Shown here: piece after piece, positions 20,058 through 28,598 of the stretch
Layout of the letters: each line of letters opens with the position of its first letter
How positions within the stretch are numbered: the stretch's first letter is position 1
Source of the DNA: Bdellovibrionota bacterium
GTDB lineage: Bacteria > Bdellovibrionota_C > UBA2361 > OMII01
Reading direction: 5' to 3'
DNA: 37,487 bases
Assembly (NCBI GenBank): GCA_044356215.1
Contig: JBIKWQ010000031.1
Location: forward strand, 1 to 37,487
Translations under genes and position numbers: made by a program
Notes under the pieces: generated by a model
Database searches by the model: none
Seen by the model: the letters and a program-made list of their open reading frames with translations, nothing else
What the model was told of the DNA's origin: nothing

Positions 20058-22808
20058 TCAACTATCACCGCGGAAAACGCCATCTAAATAGTATGAAAAG
20101 AGGTCGGCGTCAATTAGCAGCCCGTGAGCAACTATGGGTTTCAGGCGCTCCATGCGCATCTTTCTGTCGGATAGGTATGCAGTCCTAAGGAACTCCCCAA
20201 ATAGCACGTCGAATGCTTCTCGAGCCTTTTTTAGCGCGCCATCGTGATCGTTAGTTTTATCATCCGAGGCCCTTCTTAGATAAAATATCAAATTGTTTGT
20301 CTGATTATTTGCAAAGTGAATCCTTTTTTCAATCCACTCGCTCGAAGTGCCGCTGCTCGAGAGTCGATCAACTCTAAGTGAGAACTCATTCGAAGCGTTG
20401 TAGCGCGCCGCGCCGTCTTTTCCGTCAACAAAAATAGACACGCCATCTTTAATTAACTGTTGGATCGCCTTCTTTTGAGCCTCATCGGTTGATTCCGCCA
20501 CACTCTGAATAAACAGCGTGCTCGCAAGCTCAATAAAAGTCGACAAATCAGTATTTTTTTCCGTCAGAAGCTTTGTAAACTCGGGTTTCAGCAGTCCCTT
20601 CATCTCGATAAAAAGTGGGTGCTCAACATGTGTTGGCTGACCCGGCGCTTGCTCGCCGAGTTGCTCTTGTGTCATCGCTTCAGCACACGCTTTGCCTGCC
20701 ATGATCCACGCGGTCGTAAGTGATCTATCGGTCGGAATAACAGAGATCGCCTCTACTCCAGCTTTGACGCAGAGCTGCACGGAGTGGTAGTCGCGCGAAA
20801 CATGCTCGCCGCATACCGAAATCGAGATATGTGTATTGCCAGCTTTGAGCGACTGTATTGAACGCTCCATAGCTTCGTGAACCTGGGGCGCGATACGTGT
20901 AAACGGGCTCGTTGAAGTCTTCGTGTCCCGCATCCAGCGGTCAATTGCCATGACATCCTGCCGCCTGCACCCAATGATCGACTGAGTAAGGTCCTTGGTT
21001 CCAAAACTGACAAAATCACACAGCGCGCCAATGCTTTCCGAATTATCGACTGCCTCACTCGTCTCGATCATCGCCCCAAAACGGAAGTTCTTAGCTTCAA
21101 GGCCAGGCTCTTGCGCTACTAGGAGAAAGAGATCCTTAATCGCTTTTAGATCATCTGCTGAGTACACCTGCGGAACCAGCACCTCTAGCTGCCCTAAAAA
21201 TCTGGTCTCTCTGACAGCCTCGGCAAGAGCTTCGAGTTGGGCCTGATACACCTTGGGATATAACGCGCCAAACCGCGCGCCGTGCTCGTATCCTTTCTTT
21301 GTCCTCGCGTGAAATATCTGGAGTTCATCTCCGCTCAGAAACTCAACGGGTTGCGCATCGAGCAAACGGATCGTGATAGGAAGATGAGATTGCTTGGCGG
21401 CGAGAAGAAGTGCCTTAAATCGATCACACTGCGACTTCCTAAATAACTCGATATTCTCCGGATTATTTGGCTCTAAAAGGAGCTTCTGCATCACCCCCAA
21501 GCCCTGCTCAGTAAGAAACATACGTTCAGTTCTTACTAACCCGATACCATCTACCTTATTGCGCAGCGCTGTCTCAATCTGCTCGGGTGTATCAGCATTA
21601 GCTCTGACCTGCAGGCCCTTACTTGCACACAACTTCCTTGCCCATGACGCAATCGTAATCTCATCCGCCGTTACGGGACTCGATACAACCGGGAGTGTAG
21701 CAGGATATAGGCGGCTGTCAGATATCGAAACACCATCACCGTAATTTATGGTGCATGAATTCGTATCATCGCCCGCCAGCGCGCAGCGTTTGAGCGCGTG
21801 CCCACCATCAGCAGGCTCGATCTTAAATACTTCTTTTGAGTCACCGATCAGCGCGGCTATGCCATGAGTCTCAAGAATGACTGCAATATGCTCCGTGGCA
21901 GTATCCCCGTCTAGCACGATAAGGCCTGAGAGCTTTGGCAGGAGAACTATATGGGCAGGCAAAAATTTCTCGACTGCGAGGATTACTTGTTTACCCTCTC
22001 TGTGCAATTGATCCACCTGACTTTTATCAAAAGCTAGCGAGCCAGATGTCGCTAGATTAGTTGGGGTGGTAAACGCCTCGGGTTCTCCAGTGAACCCAGA
22101 TGTATCGAGCCGTGACATGGTAATGAGGCAGCTTGGATCGATCCCTTTAAGTGCTTCAGCTTCAGTATAATGGCCCTTTCTAACTAATTCAGTGAGATCA
22201 GCAAGAGGCAGTAGTCCTTTTTTAATCCTAAAGTCGCGTAGCTGTTCCTCGTTGGTGGGAATCTCAGTGCCCCAATGAGCATTTAGATAGTTTAGGAGAA
22301 CTGAATTCCCGTCCCGAATAGTGGTACGTGGGCTAACGTTGAAGTCCAGTAAGAAAAAAAGCTCGCTTGTATGGTGAAAACCCACGTTGCGTCCAAGCCG
22401 GGGCTTCGGTCCTAGAGAGTGCCAAAAAATTTTTGGTATGGCGCCTTGCCAATTTTCATTCAACCAGCGCTGTATCGCCTCTGTATAACACAAGGCAACC
22501 GGGCGCTGGTCCAACGGATTATTTATATCATCAAGCCGATAACAATCTAGAGTAATTAAATCCACCGATAGATTTGCATCTTGCCACTCTTTGAGAGCGT
22601 TAAGAGCCTCTTCGTGGTCATTGACAGCTCTAATCTGAATCTCTACGCCGTTGCTTTGTAAAACCGCCTGAGCTTCATCACGCCAATTATCAGTAATAAC
22701 GAGGATGCGTATCGCAGGGCTTCTGCCGACACTGATGTCGGTGAGGTCTAAATTAGGAGAAGGTGGCTCGTTATGCGATGTTGGATTAACTGTGACGGTA
22801 GTACTCAT
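20058..22808 (-). CDS. Receiver-like domain fused to PPDK-derived phosphohistidine carrier and PEP-binding domains; no ATP-grasp domain
   Basis: ATEHIAV (TSHAAV), VRANADTPE, GIGLVRTERMF, TIRLLD, GAMIET, SFGTKDLTQ, VCGEH; N-terminal RILVITD...DHEEAL..L...DLITLD...IFWHS. Confidence 0.75.
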   Translation of the reverse strand: MSTTVTVNPTSHNEPPSPNLDLTDISVGRSPAIRILVITDNWRDEAQAVLQSNGVEIQIRAVNDHEEALNALKEWQDANLSVDLITLDCYRLDDINNPLDQRPVALCYTEAIQRWLNENWQGAIPKIFWHSLGPKPRLGRNVGFHHTSELFFLLDFNVSPRTTIRDGNSVLLNYLNAHWGTEIPTNEEQLRDFRIKKGLLPLADLTELVRKGHYTEAEALKGIDPSCLITMSRLDTSGFTGEPEAFTTPTNLATSGSLAFDKSQVDQLHREGKQVILAVEKFLPAHIVLLPKLSGLIVLDGDTATEHIAVILETHGIAALIGDSKEVFKIEPADGGHALKRCALAGDDTNSCTINYGDGVSISDSRLYPATLPVVSSPVTADEITIASWARKLCASKGLQVRANADTPEQIETALRNKVDGIGLVRTERMFLTEQGLGVMQKLLLEPNNPENIELFRKSQCDRFKALLLAAKQSHLPITIRLLDAQPVEFLSGDELQIFHARTKKGYEHGARFGALYPKVYQAQLEALAEAVRETRFLGQLEVLVPQVYSADDLKAIKDLFLLVAQEPGLEAKNFRFGAMIETSEAVDNSESIGALCDFVSFGTKDLTQSIIGCRRQDVMAIDRWMRDTKTSTSPFTRIAPQVHEAMERSIQSLKAGNTHISISVCGEHVSRDYHSVQLCVKAGVEAISVIPTDRSLTTAWIMAGKACAEAMTQEQLGEQAPGQPTHVEHPLFIEMKGLLKPEFTKLLTEKNTDLSTFIELASTLFIQSVAESTDEAQKKAIQQLIKDGVSIFVDGKDGAARYNASNEFSLRVDRLSSSGTSSEWIEKRIHFANNQTNNLIFYLRRASDDKTNDHDGALKKAREAFDVLFGEFLRTAYLSDRKMRMERLKPIVAHGLLIDADLFSYYLDGVFRGDS

Positions 22809-23070
22809 TCCTATACGACACCACTTATTTTAGGGGCGATGGAATAGGAAAGCGGCGTTCTCTGCTGCCTATCTTACCCGTTTGTCCCCCTCACTCCTTG
22901 CTATTCCGGCTGATTTGTATGTTCTTACGTCTGAGCATGATAACTGTTCTGTAAAAATTAAGGAAACGGCACCGACTTCTCAGTCACATGCAGTAAGTAG
23001 CTGATATACGCCTTCTTTTTAAAGTTGAGTTGGCTCTTAACGGCTCAACAAGAAGAAGGAGGGGCATAAA

Positions 23071-23122
23071 TTTTATCGATGAGGCGGCAGGTGAGGTTAT
23101 TTATCGTGTTGGGGTGGGTGGG
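23071..23122 (+). repeat. Diverged copy of TPR gene 3' end (19970-20021)
   Basis: 44/52 identity; FIDEAAGEVIYRVGVGG vs FIDAATGEVMDRVGVGG. Confidence 0.85.
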
Positions 23123-23211
23123 AAGAACCCCGAAAGTTTAAAAATCACCCTTATTTGGATCTGGCTAATAGCCCTTGACCATGCTCCAGAAATAGCGGAT
23201 AAATCAGGAGT

Positions 23212-24384
23212 ATGTTCCAGCGTATATTTAACCCCTTAATATCTCGAAGTTTTTTTGTCTTCGGTGCCCGTGGAGTGGGTAAGACCTCGTGGCTTCAGGA
23301 GCGATTCTCTTCGGCTGGCACCTTATGGGTAGATCTCCTAGACGAGGATGTTTTTGAGAGATACTCGCTCAAGCCGCAGCGACTTGATGCGGAGCTGGAG
23401 GAGATGAAGGCCTCGGGTAAGTTGCCGAAAACCGTTGTAATCGATGAGATCCAGCGAGTTCCGCGTCTTCTGAATATAGCGCAGAAGTGGATTCAGCGTT
23501 GCGGGGTCGTCTTTGTGTTAACAGGGTCATCCGCGAGGAAGCTCCGTCGAGGTGGCGCTAATCTTCTTGGGGGAAGAGCAAATAGCTACGGGATGTTTCC
23601 ATTAGCCATTCGCGAGCTGGGAAAGGATTTTGATCTTCAGCATGCTTTGCAATGGGGCACCTTGCCGGAGATGATGCGGATGCGAAATGATCGAGAAAGG
23701 GTGTCTTACCTTAAGTCTTACTGCTCTACATACCTTAAGGAAGAGATTCTGGTGGAGCAGCTTATCCGAAAGCTTCCTCCATTTCGTGGATTTCTCTCAA
23801 TTCTCGCGCAAAATCAAGGGAAGCTCTTAAACTACCAGAAATTCGCGCGCGATGTCGGCGTGGATAGTAAAACGATCCAGTCGTACATCGAGATTCTTGA
23901 AGAAACATATCTGGGCATCTTGCTAAGGCCTCATCACCCGAGCCTACGTAAGAGTCAGCTTCTAAGCCCCAAATTTTACTTCTTCGATTGCGGAGTGCAG
24001 CGGCAATTAGCCGGGTTGGCGAGTTCTGACCTTCGCCCAAGTACCTCTCTATATGGCGATACTTTTGAAGCATTCGTGATTCAAGAGATATATCGGATGA
24101 GCTCTTACAGCGAGGCGGAGTATGACTTGAGTTTCTACTCCTCGAAGCATGGCTTTGAGGTTGATCTGATCCTTTCGCGAGGTAAGGAGCGGCTTTTTAT
24201 TGAGATTAAGTCGACTGAGATGGTAGATGAGATTGAAGTCCGCTCCCTGCAAGATGGACTGACTGAGTTGTTGGACAGCTCCTCTCGAGTTATCTATCTC
24301 TCTCGAGACTCGCGAGCTCAAAGAATAGGCCGAGTCGAATGTAAAAATTACAGGGCGTTTATCGAGGAGTTATTTTGCGGATGA
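23212..24384 (+). CDS. AAA_14 + DUF4143 ATP-binding protein with C-terminal PD-(D/E)XK-like motif
   Basis: GARGVGKT, IDEIQRVP, LTGSSARKL, PKFYFFDCG, FEVDLIL...IEIK; AGGAG RBS. Confidence 0.92.
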   Translation: MFQRIFNPLISRSFFVFGARGVGKTSWLQERFSSAGTLWVDLLDEDVFERYSLKPQRLDAELEEMKASGKLPKTVVIDEIQRVPRLLNIAQKWIQRCGVVFVLTGSSARKLRRGGANLLGGRANSYGMFPLAIRELGKDFDLQHALQWGTLPEMMRMRNDRERVSYLKSYCSTYLKEEILVEQLIRKLPPFRGFLSILAQNQGKLLNYQKFARDVGVDSKTIQSYIEILEETYLGILLRPHHPSLRKSQLLSPKFYFFDCGVQRQLAGLASSDLRPSTSLYGDTFEAFVIQEIYRMSSYSEAEYDLSFYSSKHGFEVDLILSRGKERLFIEIKSTEMVDEIEVRSLQDGLTELLDSSSRVIYLSRDSRAQRIGRVECKNYRAFIEELFCG

Positions 24385-24568
24385 TGCGAGCCGAAAAATC
24401 GCTTAAGCGAAGATTGGACGTTTCTTGCTAGCAAAGACACCTCTAATCTATCCGTTGTCCAAAAGGTAGATGAATGCGCCTGATAAACATGCCGTTCCGA
24501 GACATGTTGTGATGAGTAATAAACGTTCAGCAGGATGAGCCGAAAAGATTCCCCAAAAAGCCCAGAAC

Positions 24569-24714
24569 GAAGTCCGCTCCCCAGAAGGCGTACTTTCTCA
24601 GTTGCCGGACAGCTCATCGCGAGTTATCTATCTTTCTAGACGCCCTCGTGCTCAAAGAATAGGCAGAGTCGAATGTAAGAACTACAGAGCGTTTTTGAGG
24701 ATTTATTTTGTTAA
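24569..24714 (+). pseudogene. Orphan diverged 3' end of the DUF4143 ATPase gene with 1-nt deletion
   Basis: EVRSPEGVLSQLPDSSSRVIYLSRRPRAQRIGRVECKNYRAF-EDLFC* vs EVRSLQDGLTELLDSSSRVIYLSRDSRAQRIGRVECKNYRAFIEELFCG* at 24235-24384. Confidence 0.88.
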
Positions 24715-25244
24715 GACTTTTTCTCATTATCACCGGAGCATTTTTTATTATGACCTCTACATCACAGGCCCAAGAGAACTTCTTTCAGCTAGAAGCTAAA
24801 TCAATTGACGGTGAAAATGTTCAATTCTCTTCTTACAGAGACAAGGTGATTTTAGTTGTTAACGTCGCCTCCCGTTGTGGATACACCCCGCAATACGAGG
24901 GGCTTCAGAGTCTTTATTCGAGCTTAAAGGATCGCGGATTTGTGGTTCTTGGATTCCCGAGCAACGATTTTGGTGGACAGGAGCCGGGAAGCGAGTCTGA
25001 GATTAAAAGCTTCTGCTCTAGTAAATACGGCGCGAGCTTTCCTCTTTTTTCTAAGGTAACGGTTCTCGGTCAAGCCAAAGATCCGGTGTATCGATTCCTA
25101 GTCGGCCAGAGTGGTGGAGCCGAGGTGCGTTGGAACTTTGAGAAGTTTCTGATTAACCGCCAGGGCAAGGTCGTTGGCCGGTTCCCGTCCTCGGTAAGCC
25201 CAGAATCCCCAGAGCTAAAAGCGGCTATCGAGGCGGCTCTCTAA
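24708..25244 (+). CDS. Glutathione peroxidase family protein (Cys-type) with signal peptide
   Basis: VNVASRCGYTPQY, LGFPSNDFGGQEPG, WNFEKFLI. Confidence 0.95.
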   Translation: MLRLFLIITGAFFIMTSTSQAQENFFQLEAKSIDGENVQFSSYRDKVILVVNVASRCGYTPQYEGLQSLYSSLKDRGFVVLGFPSNDFGGQEPGSESEIKSFCSSKYGASFPLFSKVTVLGQAKDPVYRFLVGQSGGAEVRWNFEKFLINRQGKVVGRFPSSVSPESPELKAAIEAAL

Positions 25245-25369
25245 GACAAATCATCGTTCTAATAGAATAAATATCTGGCTTTTTAAGCTTAATTTCGAGA
25301 TACTTAGGCTTAATTAGCTAAGAATTAATCTAAGCACTCATATTTTATTACAGGACACAAAGAGGCTTT

Positions 25370-26806
25370 ATGGATAACTTGCGGAATTTTCTAGAGATCC
25401 CTTACGACGAGCTTGAGGATTTAAACCTTGAGGCTAAAGAGAAGGTGGCGCGCCGTACCTCCGATGATGAGTTAAAGGATTACTACATCCGATATCTCCA
25501 AGAGGAGAAGCGCATTAAGGCCGTAACGGTCTGTTTCACAGACATCGAAGGCCGCTTCCATATGCTCGATTATGACAAAAAGTTTCTTATTAAGTCGTAT
25601 GACAACCTAACTTTCGACGGATCTTCTATCCGTGGTTTCTCTGTAGTTAAGGAGTCAGATCTGCGCCTTGAGATCGATTGGGGATCTTTTAGGTGGCTGC
25701 CAAGCGATGTTTTTGGTCCAGGCAAAGTGATGGTGTTTAGCCTCATTAAGGATCGCGATGGGCGTTTCTACGCGTCCGATATGCGCGGTCGCTTAAAGGT
25801 GTTCTGTGATGAGCTTTATAAAGGAGAGGGGATCACGGCTAATATCGCCGTTGAGTGTGAGGGGTTCCTCTTTGAGGGGCGCGATTCAGAGCAGAGCTTT
25901 AATGAGTTCGCCGGATTTAAGTTAGTATCAGGCAGCGGTTACTACAACTCACTGCCACGTGATCCACTAAAGATCTTTATCGACGCACTCGCCGAGGCGC
26001 AACGCGCTATGGCTTTTGAGAACGAGAAGGATCACCCTGAGGTAGCGCCTTCGCAGTTTGAGTTAAACTACACATACTGCGACGCATTGTTGGCGGCCGA
26101 TCAGGTGCAGCTATATAAGCTCACAGCGAGGCAGATAGCCGCTAACTCTGGACTTACGGCATCGTTTCTTCCTAAGCCTATAGCCGGAATTAACGGTAGC
26201 GGTATGCACACAAACTTATCTCTCTCGCAGAACGGTAAGAATATTTTCTTTGACGCTAAGGGTGAGGATAACTTATCGCCTGCAGCGTGGGATTTTATTG
26301 ATCGTTTGCTTAATAGCGCGAACGACATCTGCTTGATTATGAACTCAAGTGTAAACGCTTATCGTCGTCTTGATCCAAACTTTGAGGCGCCGAATCAGAT
26401 CCGCTCATCCCCAGTGGATCGCACATCGATGATCCGTATCCCGCTTGGTAACGCCAAGTCAGCGCGGATCGAGGTGCGTACTGTGGCTCCGGACGCCAAT
26501 CCTTACTTAGCTTTCCTAGCTATTCTACAGACCGGCCTCTACGGTCCAAAGAATGAGCAGGAAGTAACTGAGAATCGTCGTTCAAGAACGCGCTTCTTAC
26601 CTGGCAGTATCTACGACGCGGTGCGCCTCTGTAAGGGTAGTGAGTGGGTGACTGAGATGTTGGGGGAGCTTCCAAAAGAGAAGTTCATTGAGCGAAAGAT
26701 CGCTTCAGCAGATCGTTGTCCACGCGAGCTAGGCACTATGGTTAAGACAGGTGAGGTTCTTTTCCATCACGAGGTCGCGAACCAGAATATTTGGAAGAAT
26801 TTCTAA
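25370..26806 (+). CDS. glnA: Glutamine synthetase family protein
   Basis: FDGSSIRGF, HPEVAPSQFE, PKPIAGINGSGMHTN, NAYRRLDPNFEAP, RIEVRTVAPDANPYL. Confidence 0.92.
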   Translation: MDNLRNFLEIPYDELEDLNLEAKEKVARRTSDDELKDYYIRYLQEEKRIKAVTVCFTDIEGRFHMLDYDKKFLIKSYDNLTFDGSSIRGFSVVKESDLRLEIDWGSFRWLPSDVFGPGKVMVFSLIKDRDGRFYASDMRGRLKVFCDELYKGEGITANIAVECEGFLFEGRDSEQSFNEFAGFKLVSGSGYYNSLPRDPLKIFIDALAEAQRAMAFENEKDHPEVAPSQFELNYTYCDALLAADQVQLYKLTARQIAANSGLTASFLPKPIAGINGSGMHTNLSLSQNGKNIFFDAKGEDNLSPAAWDFIDRLLNSANDICLIMNSSVNAYRRLDPNFEAPNQIRSSPVDRTSMIRIPLGNAKSARIEVRTVAPDANPYLAFLAILQTGLYGPKNEQEVTENRRSRTRFLPGSIYDAVRLCKGSEWVTEMLGELPKEKFIERKIASADRCPRELGTMVKTGEVLFHHEVANQNIWKNF

Positions 26807-26836
26807 TACCCCCCCCCCCTCGCGAAAAAAGGCGGG

Positions 26837-27193
26837 CTATCGATTGCTCGGTAGCTCGCCCTTTTTTAGTTTCTCGATATCGCCCTCATTCAAGCCACCT
26901 CTGACTGAGGTTTGGTTACCCTTCTGATCAGTGAATTTAAACCAAGGCCACGGCCCGAGCGGCTCAAGGATCTTGCGGTACTGCAAGTTAGCCGCCTTTA
27001 GCATCTGCTCAGAAGTGATACACGGCGCGCAGTAATCATCTATGGGCGCGGAGTGCATAGAAATAAAGATCTGTTGAGTCTCCTGAGAAGGCGCGCCCAA
27101 GCTACTCTGGGCGTGTGAGTTTGTTGGGGTAATAACTAGTATGGCTGCTAGTAATAGTAATGCTTGAGTGACGATATAACTTAGCTTTTTCAT
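26837..27193 (-). CDS. Small secreted CxxC (glutaredoxin-like) protein
   Basis: Signal peptide ending SHA, DYCAPCITSEQML, PWPWF candidate cis-Pro loop. Confidence 0.65.
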   Translation of the reverse strand: MKKLSYIVTQALLLLAAILVITPTNSHAQSSLGAPSQETQQIFISMHSAPIDDYCAPCITSEQMLKAANLQYRKILEPLGPWPWFKFTDQKGNQTSVRGGLNEGDIEKLKKGELPSNR

Positions 27194-27269
27194 AGGGGGA
27201 GAATACTAGGTAAGGAGGGGGAGTTCAAATACCTAGCGGCCCAATCTACCCTAGTGTAATCTTCTTTCT

Positions 27270-28592
27270 GTGCAACAAATCTCAGAAACCAGCCAAGTTC
27301 CCCAATCAACCCCACGATTAGCAAAGATACTCTGGGTTAACACTATCTACTTCGCTGAGGGGCTGCCGTTTATGATCGTGCGGATCCTCTCTAGCCTCTA
27401 TTTTACCCAGCTTGGAGTCAGGGAGCTGTATCTTGGATACCTAAATTACTTAGGACTCCCCTGGAACTTTAAGTTTCTCTGGGCCCCAATCATAGACGGG
27501 TGGGGGACAAAGCGTGGTTGGCAGATCGCCACACAGTTAATTATCGGCGTTTTAAATTTCTTTCTGGCGTACCTCTCTTACTTAGCTGGAGTAGCACCCG
27601 ACAGCAGCGCCTATCTTAGCTCAATCGCGATAGTGTTTCTCTTAATGGCTTTTGTAGCCGCCACGAACGACATCGCGATCGATGGTTACTATCTTGAGGC
27701 GATACCGGCCAGAGAAGAGCAGGCGCTCTTGTCGGGGTACAGGGTGCTAGCTTACCGATTAGCAATGGTCTTCGCGCGCAGCGGTCTAGTCGGTTTAGTA
27801 GCGTGGTCAACTGCCAGAGTGGCAGGGAACTCAACAGCGCTCGGTTGGGTTCCGGCGTTCGTTGTTGCAGGTGTAGTCATGGCTGGCTTGGCTGGTTTGC
27901 ATCTCTGGGTCCTCCCTAGACTCGTAGCTGAAAAGTTCACTGAACGTAAACCTCTTGCTCGTGCTTACCAGGTTTTTAAGCGTGGATTCGCCACTTACTT
28001 AAGCCAACCTAAGGTCTATCTGATCCTCTGTTTCATCATCTTATATAAATTAGGTGATGAGGTGCTCTTCTCGATGGTGACTCCATTTATGACCCGCGAA
28101 CTAAAGGTCTCTACAGAGCAGTACGCTTGGGTGGCGGGTATCGTTGGAGCGGCTGGCACTATCTTAGGCGCGATGGCCGGAGGTTGGTGGATCAATAAAG
28201 TGGGTTTAAGAAAAGCGCTCTGGCCACTAAGTTTAGTGATGAATTTAAATATCTGGTTGTATGTCTGGCTATCGATCGCCAAGCCTGATCCGACAACTAC
28301 CTTTGGCATCTCAAGCATCGCCACAGTTCACGCGATTGAGCAGGTCGCCGCTGGTTTGGGCAGCGCGGCGCTTTTAGTTTTTCTCTTATCTACCTGCTCA
28401 AAAGAGTATCGCGCCACTCACTATGCAGTTGGCAGCGCGATTATGTCGGTGCCAGGAACGATTATAGGTGGTGAAGCGGGGCGTTTAGTTGAGTTTATGG
28501 GTTACACCAATCTCTACATCTTAGCTTTTCTCTTCTCAATACCGGGTATGTGTTTAATACCTATAGTGCCTATTCGCGAGGAGAGCGCGTAA
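27270..28592 (+). CDS. AmpG-like MFS permease
   Basis: YFAEGLPF, LPWNFKFLWAPIID, ATNDIAIDGYY, YKLGD, YRATHYA. Confidence 0.88.
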   Translation: MQQISETSQVPQSTPRLAKILWVNTIYFAEGLPFMIVRILSSLYFTQLGVRELYLGYLNYLGLPWNFKFLWAPIIDGWGTKRGWQIATQLIIGVLNFFLAYLSYLAGVAPDSSAYLSSIAIVFLLMAFVAATNDIAIDGYYLEAIPAREEQALLSGYRVLAYRLAMVFARSGLVGLVAWSTARVAGNSTALGWVPAFVVAGVVMAGLAGLHLWVLPRLVAEKFTERKPLARAYQVFKRGFATYLSQPKVYLILCFIILYKLGDEVLFSMVTPFMTRELKVSTEQYAWVAGIVGAAGTILGAMAGGWWINKVGLRKALWPLSLVMNLNIWLYVWLSIAKPDPTTTFGISSIATVHAIEQVAAGLGSAALLVFLLSTCSKEYRATHYAVGSAIMSVPGTIIGGEAGRLVEFMGYTNLYILAFLFSIPGMCLIPIVPIREESA

Positions 28593-28598
28593 GTTTAT

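Noticed and set aside
20058..22808. Functional ppdK or ptsI
   Set aside because: No ATP-grasp domain and no HPr-binding domain; motifs are degenerate
24235..24714. DGR template/variable repeat pair (also considered for 10018/10785)
   Set aside because: Differences are not adenine-specific, are often synonymous, and no reverse transcriptase is present
26809..26819. C11 homopolymer as phase-variation site
   Set aside because: Lies between convergent stop codons, not in a CDS or promoter
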